Below, piece after piece: positions 49,901 through 62,455 of a stretch of 64,000 bases of DNA; position 1 is the first letter of the stretch, and each line of letters opens with the position of its first letter. The translations under genes were made by a program, and so were the position numbers. The stretch is from the NCBI GenBank assembly GCA_040954595.2, contig CM082584.2, positions 1,040,281-1,104,280 of the forward strand. The letters are read 5' to 3'. Below the pieces are notes generated by a model. That model was not told the DNA's origin, did no database searches, and worked only from the letters and a program-made list of their open reading frames with translations. This DNA is from Balanoglossus misakiensis (taxonomy: Eukaryota; Animalia; Hemichordata).

Positions 49901-52744
49901 TCCTGGGATGGATTTGGCACCAAGGAACAATCAGTGCCAGCAAACACCGTATCGCACCCCTTTCCTCATGCTCTACACCAGAGAATGTTCGTGGACTTCG
50001 ATCTTTCATAGGTGCATACAAGGTCTTAGCTAGAGTAATTCCAGGCTGCGCATTTCTCCTCACAGCGTTAGAAGATGCCGCCGCTGGGAAACAGTCTAGC
50101 GACCGTATTGAGTGGACTGACAAGCTCCGTGAGGCTTTCCACACTGCCCAGTCTGCACTTTCCACAAGCCGATCGATCACTTTGCCACGCCCATCCGACC
50201 AACTTTGGATCATCACAGATGGTGCCGTGAAGTACAACGGAATTGGTGCTACATTATATGTCTCCCGAGATGACAAACTCCACGTTGCTGGATTCTTCAG
50301 TGCCAAACTTCGTGGTCGGCAGGTCACTTGGCTCCCCTGCGAGGTTGAGGCTCTATCCATTGCAGTTGCCACCAAGCATTTTAGCCCTTATATTATACAG
50401 TCTCATCACAAGCCATGTGTACTCACAGACAGTAAACCATGCGTACAAGCATATGAGAAGTTGTGCCGCGGCGAATTCTCCGCCAGCCCACGAGTAACAA
50501 CCTTCCTCTCAACCGTGAGCCGGTACCAGGCCTCTGTGAGACATCTTGCTGGCAGCGAAAACATCCCATCAGACTTCGCCAGTCGTAATGCCCCAGATTG
50601 TGACTCTCCCACTTGCCAAATCTGCACATTCGTCGCACGTACCGAAGATTCTGTTGTCAGATCCCTGTCCGTACAGGACGTCATCTCCGGTAACGCAAAG
50701 CTACCATTTACCAACAGGGCGACTTGGCTCAGCATACAAGCCGACTGTCCAGATTTGCGTCGTACTCACGCCCACCTAACTCAGGGAACGCGTCCATCAA
50801 AGAAGCTCACCAACATCAGGGATGTAAAACGCTACCTGAACAACGTAACTATTGCCAAGGATGGGTTGCTTGTTGTCTCCCGGACGGATCCCTTTGTCCC
50901 TCCTAGTGACCGCATCGTAGTTCCCCGACAAGTTTTGGATGGCTTTCTGACTGCCATTCACATTCGTCTAGGTCACCCATCATGCCACCAACTGAAGCAA
51001 GTGACACATCGCTACTTCTACGCCCTGGACTTGGACAAATCCATCGAGCATGTCTCCTCTACATGCCACCATTGCGCCTCACTCACCAAGGTTCCCAATA
51101 CCATAGTCACACAGTCAACTACAGATCCGCCTGAAGTCATCGGCATTTCCTTCGCTGCTGATATAATCAAGCGTGAGCGTCAATTAGTCCTAGTACTCCG
51201 CGAATGCGTCACATCATTCACGTCAGCTTGTCTTATTGAGGACGAACGCCATGATACCCTACGTGTTGCCCTCGTGAGACTTTGCATTGAACTTCGACCT
51301 TTAGATGGTCCACACGCTGTTATCCGTACTGACCCAGCTCCGGGCTTTGCAGCCCTCATCAACGATGACCTCCTTCGTCAGCACAGGTTGACCATTGAAA
51401 TTGGTCGCATCAAGAATCGTAACAAAAACCCTGTCGCAGGTAGAGCTATTCAAGAAATTGAAGACGAGCTCCTACGCCAGGACCCTCTGTGTTCTACCAT
51501 CACACCACTCTCCCTGGCCATAGCCCTCTCACACGTCAACTCCCGCATCAGGTCTAGAGGTTTGTCTTCCCGTGAAATGTGGACTCAAAGAGACCAGTTT
51601 ACCCATGATCAGTTACCGATCAGTGACCAACAGCTGATTCTTGCACAACACGCCCTCCGCAAGGCCAACCATCGCTCCAGTGAGACCTCCAAAACTCCCA
51701 GTAGACGCATGCCAATAGCCCCGTCGCTAGAAGTTGGGGACCTGGTATACCTACACTCAGACCGCAACAAATCCCGTTCTCGAGACCGCTACTTGGTCAT
51801 CCAGAGCGACCCGCCATGGTGTTGTATCCGTAAGTTCCGCGGAAACCAACTCCGTAAGACTTCGTATCGCGTCAAGCAGTCAGAATGCTACTTAGTGCCA
51901 TTTTCAGCGACCGATCACTCAATACCCATGAAGGGAGCGAACGAGGAGCACTCATCTGATGACGATACACCGTGTCGGCCACCAACCGCAGTGCCTGAAC
52001 CCCCAAGCATTCCTTCGGAACTCGCATCGCCCAGGAAGTCAGATCACATACAAAGTACCACACCTGGTGTCTGCGATACTACTACTACCAAATGCGACAC
52101 CAGTACCAGTGATATCCAACCCACAGTGTGCAGCCCCATGGAAACCACTGACATGTCAGCTCCTGCTGAAGATAGTCGACCAGATCAACCTCTCACCACT
52201 GAGGGTACAAGAAAATCCACCCGCGCTCGCCGTCGTCCCACCCGCTTTGATGACTATGAAGTGAACTTTTAGAGTTTCAGACCTTTATATTTTTGTGCTG
52301 AACAGTGTTGCCCCCAGTACTCCCATTTATATTTATTGACTTTCATGTTCTCACTTTCATTGCAGCTTTTGACTTTTGTAGGACTCAGTCAACATGCATG
52401 TTCATGTTTTTCTTTGCATTTTATGCTCACATTTCCTGTGTCAAATGTTTTTCCTGCTCGATGGACAGAAAGAGAAGTGGATGTAAGAGAAGGTGGCTAC
52501 GCCATTCCATTAGTGTTGCTGGAGTGCGTTCGGTAGCACGCCCTCACTCGTAGTTACTAGTTTATACTTTTGTTCCTTTTGCGCATGCTCGGTCCTCTCT
52601 CTCCCCGCTGGACCGCCATTGCTCTATGTATGTTTATATATCGATCGACGAAGTGTATCGATTAAACTGGTTATTGTTCTCAACTTCCAAGTGTCTGGTT
52701 GTGATTCCGACTCATCGATAATTGGGCTTGCATCCCCACTGGCG
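46915..52744 (+). mobile_element. Gypsy-like LTR retrotransposon with CG...CG termini and 3-bp TSD (Troyka-type)
   Basis: 245-bp LTRs at 46915-47159 and 52500-52744 (CGCCA...TGGCG; one mismatch seen). TSD CAA at 46912-46914 and 52745-52747 restores the LINE frame GGT CCA ATC TAT. PBS TGGTGGCAGCG at 47160-47170; purine tract at 52485-52496. Confidence 0.92.
47326..52272 (+). CDS. Single Gag-Pol polyprotein, 1648 aa (gag, CCHC, PR, RT, RH, INT)
   Basis: [18 protein letters not shown]; IIDSSATGN; [22 protein letters not shown]; ITDGA, CEVE, LTDSKP, PSDFASR; [21 protein letters not shown]. Confidence 0.93.
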   Translation: MASFQRAPKQWCLSKSETINSFENWRQNLRYTLSLDANFAPFLAEGAQWTKKTKSSPLRGFTNDGEDISANKRLTAQQKVNALELMLGQIANYCPVIARSTIVKNSTSIDSIWQVIRLHYGFQSTGAHFIDFCQIHLQPDERPEDLYQRLTAFIEDNLLRRDSGISHHGDAITEDEELSPSLENFVVLTWLQLIHKDLPRLVKQRYGTELRTRTLASVKPEISKALSSLLDEIHTTEDATVMRTAAANYHNTTRYKDNFPTRSTGPPKARQRSRKTYRSCPLCKQAGRPAQHFLSECEFLPDQDRRFMTKARQVANIFDINSDEDDCLPSDELSQQDSSTTNTALRIQVRQSPYLDTFYGYQTVRAIIDSSATGNMMRLSLARRLNVPIKSSSQSAHQADGSSPLKVVGETRFQLTRDNINFIFEGLVVENLDVDLLAGTPFMELNDISVRPAKCQIMIGDGTTYTYGSTPATGHSIRRTHVLRAPPVSSTIWPGDFIEVELPPELQATDTTYAVEPRSDTRPNKMFTPNNTWPAPDLLTSVAGKLRIPNLSDSPQTLQRNEHFCQVRATFTPVIDHSSSTTKTLPTKSPTTVGNYSNDIKLDPDNLLSQADRTAFRSLHQEFDDVFNPTVKGYNGASGPFEAVVNMGPVQPPQRKGRLPFYPHDKLLELQAKFDELEEMGVFARPEDLSVSVEYINTSFLVKKANGGSRLVTAFADVGRYSKPQPSVLPDVDGTLRHIAQWKYIITTDLTKAFYQIPLSRTSLKYCGVATPFRGIRVYTRCAMGMPGSETALEELMCRVLGDLLADGVVAKLADDLFCGGNSIHELKTNWKRLLQALHALALCLSAAKTAICPATTMILGWIWHQGTISASKHRIAPLSSCSTPENVRGLRSFIGAYKVLARVIPGCAFLLTALEDAAAGKQSSDRIEWTDKLREAFHTAQSALSTSRSITLPRPSDQLWIITDGAVKYNGIGATLYVSRDDKLHVAGFFSAKLRGRQVTWLPCEVEALSIAVATKHFSPYIIQSHHKPCVLTDSKPCVQAYEKLCRGEFSASPRVTTFLSTVSRYQASVRHLAGSENIPSDFASRNAPDCDSPTCQICTFVARTEDSVVRSLSVQDVISGNAKLPFTNRATWLSIQADCPDLRRTHAHLTQGTRPSKKLTNIRDVKRYLNNVTIAKDGLLVVSRTDPFVPPSDRIVVPRQVLDGFLTAIHIRLGHPSCHQLKQVTHRYFYALDLDKSIEHVSSTCHHCASLTKVPNTIVTQSTTDPPEVIGISFAADIIKRERQLVLVLRECVTSFTSACLIEDERHDTLRVALVRLCIELRPLDGPHAVIRTDPAPGFAALINDDLLRQHRLTIEIGRIKNRNKNPVAGRAIQEIEDELLRQDPLCSTITPLSLAIALSHVNSRIRSRGLSSREMWTQRDQFTHDQLPISDQQLILAQHALRKANHRSSETSKTPSRRMPIAPSLEVGDLVYLHSDRNKSRSRDRYLVIQSDPPWCCIRKFRGNQLRKTSYRVKQSECYLVPFSATDHSIPMKGANEEHSSDDDTPCRPPTAVPEPPSIPSELASPRKSDHIQSTTPGVCDTTTTKCDTSTSDIQPTVCSPMETTDMSAPAEDSRPDQPLTTEGTRKSTRARRRPTRFDDYEVNF

Positions 52745-54284
52745 CAATCTATCTTTCTAGCATGACTAATCTATATGTTCCGTGTCGCAATTTAAGGTCA
52801 GCTGATCAGTTCAAACTCTGCCTTGTTCGATCACGCACCAAAAGTTATGGTGATCGTGCTTTTACTGTTGCTGCTCCAATTCTTTGGAATAATCTTCCAC
52901 TTACCATTCGCCAGGCACCAGACTTATCTGTTTTTAAATCAAATGTTAAAACTTTACTTTTTAAATCTGTTTTTTAGCCATTTGTTGTATTGTACTTTTG
53001 CTTTAAGCGTCATTGATCACATTTTTGTGGATACTGACACTATACAAATAAATTATTATTATTATTATTATTATTTTGATTACAGAGGTGGGGTTTAATC
53101 TTGCCTTTGCATATGTTTATCCCTGTCCTGTTGCATTGGGCTTGTATCTATGGTAACCTATTATCAGCAGTAAAGGCCACAACTATGAAACAGTTTTAAT
53201 ATCAAGCACTCTCTGAATTACACGGCCATTCTCATTGGTGTATATAGTGTAGTCACGTTGTATTTTACTGCAACTGATGAAAGTCTCCTAAAAAAACAAA
53301 TGTGTCTTTACCCACTGTGCACAGAGTATTTGAATGATACTCAGTTGATGGTCATATAGTATAGCGCCCTCTGCGGTAGTATTTTGATTATGGAGGTGGG
53401 GTTTAATCTTGTCTTTGCATATGTTTATCCCTGTCCTGTTGCATTGGGCTTGTATCTATGGTAAACTAATTATCAGCAGTAAAGGCCACAACTATGATAC
53501 AGTTTTAATATCAAGCACTCTCTGAACTACATGGCCATTCTCATTGGTGTATATAGTGTAGTCATGTTGTATTTTACTGCAACTGATGAAAGTCTCCTAA
53601 AAACAAATGTGTATTTACCCACTGTGCACAGAGTATTTGAATGATACTCAGTTGATGGTCATATAGTATAGCACCCTCTGTGGTAGTATTTGGATGATAG
53701 GGGAAGGGGTAACCTACCTTTTCTATACATGTATATGGTTATCCCTCTTCTATTGCATTCCGCTTGTATCTATGGAAACCTAATTATCAGCAGTGAATGC
53801 CAAATTGTAAAACAGCAACATATTTATTATCAAACACTGTATGGAATTGAATATACACAATATGTTTTGTGTGTTTGCTGGCTACATACATGCATAAATA
53901 CGTACATACATATATTACACTCATACTCAAACACACAGCTAATGGACTCTTTTTTTCATCATCCCCACCAGGAATCGAACCTGGATCTCTTATCACAAAG
54001 TGACAAGTGTGTTAACCATTACACCATGAGGATTTTTTATCTCCACTAACTGCCAACACACTGTCCAATTGCACATTCACTCACTGACATATTCAACTAA
54101 CACACCAGTTTCTTTATTTCAAAAAGTACACAGTAAAACATCACAAATGACAAGACAGGGGTATCAGGAATCACACAAATCATACTCAATGTTTTACTGA
54201 AGCCATTGCTGTAAGATTGCTGTAAGTAATGGCACTATTCAATGGTGTTAACACCACATAGCACAATGATGTACTGCACACATT

Positions 54285-55521
54285 CAAGTCACATACCTTT
54301 TTGAAGTATTAATAAACACTGATTCTATGAACTGTTAAAATTATTTTTTCTTACATCATCCCTGAATACCAAATTTCAAACAAATTAGGCTAGTGCTTTC
54401 ACATGTTAACACACAATGCATGGCACTGGACAATCATCCTATCCGATCTGAAACCTCAGTGTCACTTACCACAAAACTAAACACGTCATCTACAAATGAT
54501 TTACGAAACTAATTCGTACACGACACAATACACATTTGAGTGTGTTGATCTCTTAGTTTGTACATGATACTTTGCACTGATGTACACCAACACTCACCTT
54601 GAGAACTCTTTGGTAGCCAAAACTGTCAAGAAAATAAACAAAACTTTTAAATTAAATCATTAAGTATAATTGTGTATTTAAACAAGTACATCAAGATATA
54701 CACTTGCCTGCATAACACACACCTCTCAATAGCCATAATGTATCAATGTCGAGATGACATCACTCCAAGTACAAGATAGCGAATGATGATTTTTTTACAA
54801 TAACCCCACTACTTAAACAGGACAACAAATTACAATGAATTCACTATCAACCTTGTGATATTCAGAAAATCAATTCTTGGTCACATAAATTGTCCTGTCC
54901 ACAAGTCACATACCTTTTTGAAGTATTAATAAACACTGATTCTATGAACTGTTAAAATTATTTTTTCTTACATCATCCCTGAATACCAAATTTCAAACAA
55001 ATTAGGCTAGTGCTTTCACATGTTAACACACAATGCATGGCACTGGACAATCATCCTATCCGATCTGAAACCTCAGTGTCACTTACCACAAAACTAAACA
55101 CGTCATCTACAAATGATTTACGAAACTAATTCGTACACGACACAATACACATTTGAGTGTGTTGATCTCTTAGTTTGTACATGATACTTTGCACTGATGT
55201 ACACCAACACTCACCTTGAGAACTCTTTGGTAGCCAAAACTGTCAAGAAAATAAACAAAACTTTTAAATTAAATCATTAAGTATAATTGTGTATTTAAAC
55301 AAGTACATCAAGATATACACTTGCCTGCATAACACACACCTCTCAATAGCCATAATGTATCAATGTCGAGATGACATCACTCCAAGTACAAGATAGCGAA
55401 TGATGATTTTTTTACAATAACCCCACTACTTAAACAGGACAACAAATTACAATGAATTCACTATCAACCTTGTGATATTCAGAAAATCAATTCTTGGTCA
55501 CATAAATTGTCCTGTCCACAA
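54285..55521. repeat. Apparently exact 617-bp tandem duplication with CAA microhomology
   Basis: CAAGTCACATACC at 54285 and 54902; the second unit ends at CAA 55519-55521. Confidence 0.93.
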
Positions 55522-57098
55522 AATGGTTTCATGGCATCAAAATATGTTAACAAGTCAACTCTACTTTTCATGCTCCAACCAGATTTCATTGTCTATGTTT
55601 TTAACATGCCTGTCACGACTAGAAAGCATACACACTAAACAGAGTGGTCACCAGCATAATTTGGCCAATTCTATGCTTGTCCTCACATTCTTACGAACAA
55701 TTCAAATGTCAAATTATCTAGCAATGTTTCTGTTATGTACTCACACAGATTGTTCCATATTTGAAGCAAATAATTATCATAAACAAATTGATTACCCTGA
55801 TATAAATTCCAATGAAAACCTTAAGGCTTTTGGTCATGTAAACATACAATATTAACAGAAAAAATAATGGAAAATACAATCCATTTTTACTACTGTTTAT
55901 TTTTTGACAAATACATATAAGAGACATGGAAACTATTGAAGTACACATCCCAAAATAATATCCTACCACTGCTTGTACGTTTCATACACACGATACAAGA
56001 CCGATCGCCCGAATTCAGCAGATTCACTTGCCTAAAACCGTTTCTAAATAATCATATGTACCTGTATACACTCCAAAAATAAGCTTAATTTCAACTTGTA
56101 TGGAATGAAATAGAAACTCCGATGTACCCAGCCTCTGATGTTTCTATTCCTTCAAGCAAACTTCACCATCTTAACATATATACAATTTGCCAAATCATGC
56201 ATACAAACGAAACCCTTTCAGTATATAACGACAACCGCCATATTGGATGTCGCTCGACACGAAAATAAAAAAAGCCTGACAAAACTGCCATCGCCTCATA
56301 CACAATTAAAATCACACTACCATTAGATAAAACACAACTACATAACCAATACCATCAACTCTTACACGTTCAAACCACCGATTCTGTCATTTATACTCAT
56401 TAAAAATAACCACGAGAATATACACATATCCCACTAACCTATATTCAGCTGCTGAACAACAAGAGCACTTGATTCGTTTTCGGATGTGACTACGTGCAAC
56501 AACATACGCATCACCATCACATTCGCGTTGGGATTCAAGACAGTTTCAATATCTCAAGAAGCAATACAACGAGAAGACCTTCTCGGGATTTTATGCACAT
56601 CCTGTTGGATATCGCTGCCAAATGTCCACAGATGATAAAACATGATACCAGAATGTTGTATTGGGGACAACCATCAAATGTTCCCGTGCCAGCGCCCTCT
56701 ATATTCTAGAAACCCTGGTATATCTCAAGAAACATTACCATTTTTAATTATTTTTAAAAGCAAAAGTAAGTTGTCATTTTATTTGTACAATTATTTCTCT
56801 ATATTAAACAAGTATACATAAACACTAAAACATGTTTTGCCATGTTAACATAAATTTATGACCATTTTAAAATACTATATAGCTTATATTTATTAAAGTA
56901 CAAATTCAGATGTTTTTCATTTTTAACCATTTCCACAATCAAAATGAAAAAAAAAATCGCATTAATAGTAGATTGGGTTATATTGGATATCATTATGTAA
57001 AACTGAAGAGTCACTATGGCATGGAAACTACTGAGATATGTGGTAGAAAACCAAAATGCCCAACAAATATACACAGTGTGTGTTGTGTGTTAGATAGG

Positions 57099-57351
57099 TA
57101 CATACATACATACATACATACATACATACATACATACATACATACATACATACATACATACATACATACATACATACATACATACAAACATACATACATG
57201 CATGCATGCATACATACATACATACATACATACATACATACATACATACATACATACATACATACATACATACCTACATACATACATACATACATACATA
57301 CATACATACATACATACATACATACATACATACATACATACATACATACAT
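57099..57351. repeat. (TACA)n microsatellite
   Basis: Direct reading. An inverted copy with the same unique flank is at 59193-59425. Confidence 0.97.
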
Positions 57352-58999
57352 GCGCCCTGTATTGACCAAATACCGTCGTGCAAGCTCATGTACAAGCTAT
57401 TTCTTTATGCCTGTACAAAAATTGACCAAATTCTACTGTTTATTATGATTCATTCTTCGAAACAATTCATCTTCTTGCCATATTTTATTTGTTCATATAA
57501 CACATTTTGAAGAAAAGTTGTACAAAGACTACAATATACTAATGGGCTATATTCTCAAAACAGATATATTACCACAAATACTACTAGGGATTGTGTAGTG
57601 GTTTCTTTCTCACTATAAGACATATGATATCTGATATCAACCATACAAACAATATCAATAATAAAAAGCATAAAACACCAATTTATTTTATATAGCCTTA
57701 TATTAATTTATTTCAATTGTGAAAATAGACACACATACAAAAAAGAACAGAAAAACAATCACAGTATCTGGTTTATGAAATAAAAAAGACCAAACAAGCA
57801 ATTGCTTCCGAAATAACATATTCCACATTCTGTCACAAATTGAGCAAATTCCAGTAAAATCAACCCCAAGGACCTACACACTAAATTTCAAAGTAATTGT
57901 ACAAAGAATTTAACTAAACACAACTAAAATTGATCAAAAATTACACATTTCACCACAATTTACATAAACTCTACCAACTTCACCCTAGGAACCTGCATAC
58001 TAAATTTCAAAGTAATTGGCCCCGTGGTTTCAGTAAAGAAAAGTGACAGACAGTGACACCACTCACCCAATAAGACAATCACCCAATCTAATAAGCTCAA
58101 CATAACTGACAACACAGCTAAACAGTTCACCGACAATATAAATACAATTGTGTACATTTCACAAATGACAATATTAGCCTTTTAGTCACCTCTGACTCTA
58201 ATGTAAAGTACATTATGGTAACTGTTCATTGAAATGTTTCTGGGAAATGTTTACTAAGGCTATTTAATATCTTCTAGTTTTTTTTTATAACACATGGTTT
58301 CTCTTGCAATTCCTCTTTCAGTAAACAGGATAAACTTTCTACACCATTACACTTATATGCTACTGCCAAATGGAAGTAATCTAATCCTGTAGTAGCTATA
58401 AAGCAGCATTGTCAGGGCCCAAGCAACATGATGAAAAAAGGTGAAAGCACAAGTTATAGTTACTCAAACTTTTACCAGAAAATTTTGATAGATCATATTG
58501 GTTCACGTCCAAGCAAATCGGACTTCTAACCATATTGGTTAGCTTACAATTTGATAAGTATATAAATTAAAGGGACCCTTTTCCATTAATTATGTTTGAT
58601 GCAAGACACCATTTATGTTAATGTACATGTGGATATATAGTGAATCAACATTCAACAACACACACTGCTTGTAGACACAAGAGTGAAAAATCTTGCCAAA
58701 ATGAATAATTGGTCTTTACCATTTATTCATTTTGGGCGAGTTTTTACTGTCATATCCTACAAACGGGATGGAAGCTGTGTGTGGTCGAACGTTGATTCAC
58801 TATATATCCACATTAACAGTCTCTTGTATCACACATAATTATTAAAAAAGGGCAGCAAAGAGACTTTCTGCCTTTAATAAGCTAATAAAAGTGTTAGACT
58901 GCATTGGCTGCTCTATAATACCATATAGCAATGCAGTAACTCCTGTGGATGCCAATTTCTGACTCTCTGTTATTTCTCACATGCATTTGTGAATTTTTA

Positions 59000-61900
59000 T
59001 TGAAATAAAAAAACTGGTGTGTTGAATATGTCAGTGAGTGAATGTGCAATTGGACAGTGTGTTGGCAGTTAGTGGAGATAAAACAATCCTCATGGTGTAA
59101 TGGTTAACGCACTTGTCACTTTGTGATAAGGGATCCTGGTTCGATTCCTGGTGAGGATGATAAAAAAGGAGTCCATTTGCTGTGTGTTTTCCATGTATGT
59201 ATGTATGTATGTATGTATGTATGTATGTATGTATGTATGTATGTATGTATGTATGTATGTATGTATGTATGTATGTATGTATGTATGTATGCATGCATGC
59301 ATGCATGCATGCATGCATGCATGCATGCATGTATGTATGTATGTATGTATGTATGTATGTATGTATGTATGTATGTATGTATGTATGTATGTACCTATCT
59401 AACACACAACACACACTGTGTATATTTAATTCCACAATGCTTGATACTAAAACTGTCCACAAAAAAACATTTCTTTATAACCCCTAAGTGCTTGTCTTCC
59501 ACATTTACCTTCTCTTGGCATTTATTTCCACAGATGATGAAATACTGCTCGTCTCTTCATCCTGGTCTCTTGCGCTCCCCTTTTTACTCTCCCTGAATGC
59601 TGACAACACGTACCGTCTCATTGTTCAGTGGATATGCCTTGCTGTCATCTGCATCTGCTCCCTCAGTACCCCCTTCTCCCTGGCACAATCATCCAAATAC
59701 TATCGCAGAGGGCGCTATACTATATGACGATCAACACAATATCATTCAGATAATCTTTGCACAGTGGGTAAATTAAGCATTTGGTTTTTCACGAGACTTT
59801 CATCAGTTGTACTAAAATGAAATGTGTCTACACTATACAAATGACAATGGCCTTCTAATTCAGAGACGTTGGGAAGGACTAGTGAGCACATACAGCAAAT
59901 CAGAAGGCCCAAAATGGCAAAGTTGCATGATTACTAATGGGAAACAAAGAATACACAGGGTATATTTAATTCCACAGAGTGCTTGATACTAAAATTATTG
60001 CTGTTTTACAATTGTGGCATTTACTGCTGATAATGAGGTTACCATAGATACAATTGGAATGGAACCGGACAGGGATAAACATATAAAGGCAAGGTTAACC
60101 CCCCACCCCCTACCACAGAGGGCGCTATACCGATCATCAAGTCAGTACCATTGACATAAATCTGTGCAGAGTGGGTAAATTAGGCATTTGGTTCTTCAGA
60201 TTTTCATAAGTTGCACTAAAATGCTATGTGGCCCACTACAAGGACAAATAAGTCAAAAATGGCAAATTTGATATTTACTTTGAGGTTGACATGGGGCAAA
60301 GGAGACAATACAAGAACACTGAAACTCAATTAGTGAAACACTAAAGTTGTACATGTACTTTATTTCTCTAACAAACTTAGAGAAAATTTACATGGCCATC
60401 TTTTTACTCAGAGAACTGATGTTGAAAAGAAAACAATGTTACATCATAAAATTGAAATCCTACATGTCACTAATTTCTGATTTTCACAAATGTTCATAAA
60501 AAAACCTGTTCTCTGCAAACCTTACCCCCCCCCCCCCCCCTCCTATTGTCGGTGCTTCTAATGTAACTCTCAATTTTTCCCTAAGGTGTTAAAAGAACCA
60601 AATGGTGATGATATGGTAGAAGGGATATTTGAGGGAATAGACATAGATGAGTAAGTATTAACTGCAGTACTTGCTTCCACCAATTTCCTATCATTTTGTG
60701 TACATGTTCACGTCTCTGTGTCTTACCAATCACATTCTGTCCTTTTTATTTTTTTCTAGAAGTGGCATCTTCTGTGTCAGACGGCAAATACTTACAGTGT
60801 CCCACCTTATGCCAGACCTTGGGTACAGAGGAGGCCATATTAGAAAACCTGCCAATGCATGTACACTACTCTATCAATCAAGAAATGCAACAGTCACAAA
60901 GATTGAGTAAGTTAACTAAACCAAAGCAATCTCCACCCTGCAACTTCCCCAGCACTTACTATCTGCATGCAAGTTGTGAACTTTTAATTTAGTATTCATT
61001 ACAGAAACATTTCAGTCCTACAATTCACATGCATCTTATTTTCGTCAACACCAACTTATACAAAATATGATTTAACCATCTTGTTCTCATTTCTCTCCAA
61101 TGTACAGAAAGCAGTAGCCTGGATGTATTTACAGAGAGAGAGGCTAGTACACGGCACTCATGTGGACATGCACTACCACATATCATATCTCAACGGGACT
61201 TCGGTTGTCGCTGTAGTATTTAACCCAAGTTTAACTGTGACACCCACGTCCGTACATGGCAAGGTTTTCTCTCCCAAAAGTTTCAGTTTGGCATCCCAGT
61301 TACCATCAGTTGCGCTTTCTCCATGCCTTCTAAGTTGAATGCGATTTACCATCACCGGATTCATACTGTGGTGCAAAGACAATTAAAAACATCGATTGTA
61401 AGTCATTTAGTAGTGATACCATTGTTACCAAACCTCGTTTTAAAATACATGTAATCTGTACTCAAAACTATCATTTTTTCTTTCTTTCTAGAATATGACT
61501 TGTGAGCGAGTGCCGCGTTTAAATTGATACTGAGAATAAACACCGCTAATCGACGATAAAATCAACGTATTTTCAAATGCAAGTGAACGCATGGAGGCAG
61601 CCATATTGAATTTAGGTTACATCCTAAGACATTCCGACTGGGCTTCAGGTGGATTCGGGAAAGGTCTCTAAAACATAATCGGTCATCCAGTTTTGTATAC
61701 TAAATTTCTAAAAATGAAGGACATGGGAGGTTAACATACCCACAATGACTACACACAAAAAAGGGCCCAGGCGTTTCGGGGTGCGATTGTTACGTACCTT
61801 AGCTCCATCATCTGCAACCAGCCAAGGCATGGCTGTGAAATTGCGCGTCATGGAGGATGTCGAGATCCGGAATTCCGCCAACGGGAAACTGTTTAGCGTG

Positions 61901-62455
61901 CCTTGTATGCAGCACGATGGCAACGTTCTGGAACTTAAATTCTGGAAAGAAAATCCGAAGTGGCTGAACAGATTATAGAAGGGAGAATACGTACAGCTCC
62001 GCAACTTTTCCACTGGAAGAGATAATACCATTTGCCTCTATGATAGAGCAAAGGCCGGGGATGCCATTACGCCGTTAAACCTGAAATATAGATTGAGAGT
62101 GGATATTGTTTTACACAATTTTTGAACATTGAAGTAAAGTATTAGAATGATGGAGTCCGATAGAAAAAGTGAGTTGGTAATTTCGGCATCCGACTTCGTT
62201 ATTAAAATGGAAAGATTTGCGATTTGAGATTCGGTTACCATTTGGAAGTTTGAAAGGAAATATTTCATTCAAGTACAGTGGCAACTACTGGATTATGGAG
62301 AATATTTGAAATGTTGATGAACGGAGACCTATTAGAATCAATGAAAACCTACCTTTATTGGTGTTACGGTTACTACACCTGACAGACCGCTGGTCTGCGT
62401 CCGACCGATTTTGAGCTCCTAGCTCTTGTGGAGACATGCGGAGGTACAGCAGGTT
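59000..62455. repeat. Shuffled, mostly inverted duplicate of segments from 41380-45150, 53930-54120 and 57062-57350
   Basis: Inverted: 60020-60425 vs 44555-44955; 61183-61750 vs 42616-43203; 59000-59190 vs 53930-54120. Direct: 60441-60660 vs 43218-43450; 62054-62450 vs 41786-42182. Confidence 0.85.
59193..59392. repeat. (ATGT)n/(ATGC)n microsatellite
   Basis: Direct reading. Confidence 0.97.

Larger units (their letters stand above)
46096..53071 (+). mobile_element. 5'-truncated non-LTR retrotransposon (L2/CR1 group), pieces 46096-46914 and 52748-53071
   Basis: WFKSYLSNRSQ, GVPQGSVLGP, YADD, LHWLPV..RI.FK; resumes YLS..RNLRS..GDRAF..AAP.LWN.LP..FK..KT.LF*; (TTA)n tail; TATTTTG on both sides. 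Confidence 0.92.
44845..53790. repeat. ~309-bp tandem satellite (about 6.5 units: 44845-46095 and 53072-53790) split by a LINE insertion
   Basis: The anchor TATAGCGCCCTCTGTGGTAGTATT recurs at ~44847, 45143, 45452, 45760, 46069, 53360 and 53667. Confidence 0.92.

Noticed and set aside
54334-54595. Intronic C/D snoRNAs between the candidate micro-exons
   Set aside because: No properly paired RUGAUGA/CUGA boxes with terminal stems were found.
56910-59596. ORFs of MYVC/HTYI repeats (also at 131-400)
   Set aside because: Translations of (TACA)n microsatellites.
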